A stretch of 64,000 nt of DNA from Balanoglossus misakiensis. Its lineage: Eukaryota; Animalia; Hemichordata. Within the stretch, counting starts at the first letter, position 1, and every line of letters starts with the position of its first letter. This document shows, piece after piece, positions 62,061 through 64,000 of the stretch. A program made the position numbers and the translations under genes. The stretch is taken from positions 8,571,097 through 8,635,096 of the forward strand of contig CM082598.2 of the NCBI GenBank assembly GCA_040954595.2, given 5' to 3'. A model generated the notes under the pieces. It saw only the letters and a list, made by a program, of their open reading frames with translations. It was not told where the DNA came from and did no database searches.

Positions 62061-64000
62061 AGCAACCAGTCAAAATACGGACATCACGAAAATGCGTCGC
62101 GTTATCGACCCAAATTCGTGTAATAACCCCTTTTTCATACATGCCTACCTATAAAACAGTATGAATTGCGAAAATGAGCCAAAACAATTTCATGGCCAGA
62201 AATTCGAACCGGGCGCCTTGAGATCACGGCAGCCATAGCCAAGGCGATGCGATCAGGTGATCAACGTGTATGCTGTATTATTAATCTGAGGGGGTTGCAA
62301 TTGGCAGCTTTCATTACAATGGGCACATCCACATTCTAAATAAAATTGTCTACGTTCTCTTCCAAATATCATGTTAACAATTATTTCGCATTGAGAATTC
62401 CGAAGAAGTAAAAATGATACAATCAACATGACAAAACTGCCAGCTTAGAAAACTTTATTACAGCTTTTAATAACCGAATTTTACAACACCCCTCTCCACT
62501 AGAGTCCTATGCCCCGTGTCGCGAACTGTCGTGCCGATCACTGAGTCAACGCTGTGTGATGATTTCAGCGTGTTCTCAAAAATAGTTCGAGACGCGGACG
62601 CGGTATTTCACTCGGTGAAATACCGTAAAATATCTTCGGGGCGAGAACAATAGAAAGTACAATGTACAAAGAACAATGCACACATGTACATTGCAAATGG
62701 ACATACTCAAACTCATGATATTGTGTATATTGAAATGAATTAAACAGTTTAAACTCATTGCACCACTGGGGTTTAAAATGATAGGGTTACTTTTAATGCG
62801 GGGGAAACTAAGAAGAGGATGGTAATTAGAGGTCTGGTTTAAAGGTATACAGTCACCTCCAATTTACATACGCCCATATATGGCTGAAATGGCATATATC
62901 ATATTCTAAAGAACATATGGTGGCTCTCTTTTTTTGCATGTGCCACCGACTGAAAAGTGATTGGGTAGATCTCGATTTGCCATGGTAACAATAGCTAATT
63001 TTCTACAGGTGATCATATTAAACTCTGTTTTCTTGAATTTATCTGAACCTGTAATTTGTAAAGAATAAAATCTAGCGGCAATTCAATAGATTTTAAAAGT
63101 TTTGAAGCTGGTAGATTTTAAGCTACAGGGACTAAGCAAGACTAGTTTAAATATCCCCCCCCCCCCAAAAAAAAATACCCAAAGTAATATAAGATTTTAG
63201 TGGTTTTGTGTCCTTCCAATATAAAAGCAGGAAGTGTGATGACATCGTGCTGTTGGAATTGTAACATTTTTCAACCCACCTCTTTTTGTTCTTGTCAATT
63301 TTCTGCAAAATAGTTGCAGGTAGCAAAGATATAAAAAAAATAGTGGGAAAATAAACTTTATTGCTGTTTTTTTATATTTAATCTCTGCTACTGTTGCTGT
63401 GAGATTTGTAATGAAAGATGCTTGTTTTAATGAAGTCATTGTGCAGGAAGGGATGTTGATGTGTCATACCTTCATAAGAATCTTGCCTGACTTCAGCCAT
63501 TACTCAAACTTCCATTAGCCAGTGAATACTGAGCAACACCTATGTGATGAAAAGAAAGATTAATTAAACCTTAGAAAAGAATATGCTTTGCCATTTATAA
63601 TCCTAATTAGTATAATTTAAATTCAATTTAAAAAATTGGAGTGCACTTTGTCAGTAACGGTAGCGATAGTGCTCTTTAGTCTACTCAAAATAGAAAATAT
63701 AATTTTTCTGATTTTATATAACTTGTACATCAATGAATTTTAAATTGAAAAATAAAGAGCTTGATCCCAAACAACAATTTTCACTTCTTGGGTCTATAAG
63801 CTAAGCAAGAAATATTCATGTTTGGTACAATCCTTTTTATAGATAGTAATTTTGAATTCTGTATTATCGAATTGTTTTGGAATTTCAATGGTCATTAAAA
63901 AGTTATTTTTTTATTTTGATTGCCACCTCTATTCCCTTGACAAATAACATCCGAGGAGAGGGATATTGTTTCATTCCTGGCCAAACTAAAATAAAGAGTT

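Overview
This is AT-rich, intron-containing animal genomic DNA. A marine invertebrate deuterostome is my inference from the transposon repertoire. Most of the window is transposable-element sequence. One host gene on the + strand can be rebuilt by hand from 12 phase-compatible AG/GT exons (1786-43343; 1805 nt, about 600 aa; first exon not found). It encodes two C-type lectin-like domains and a polycystin-1-like (PKD1L2/L3-type) GAIN domain. Its frame stops 10 residues after the GPS autoproteolysis site (CLCNHL|TVFSAMVGVV*), and no PLAT or transmembrane exons are visible downstream. A decayed paralogue lies tail-to-tail on the - strand at about 45.8-46.3 kb. The introns hold a minisatellite-armed foldback element, a Gypsy LTR element with nested insertions (two LINEs, a Helentron-type HINE, a Crypton-like element), an Academ-like derivative, a deleted DIRS element with a 1.9-kb tandem duplication, and many MITEs. 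Downstream lie another LINE, an Ngaro-type tyrosine-recombinase retrotransposon and a degraded Helitron-type PIF1 helicase. All calls come from manual reading; no database search was run.
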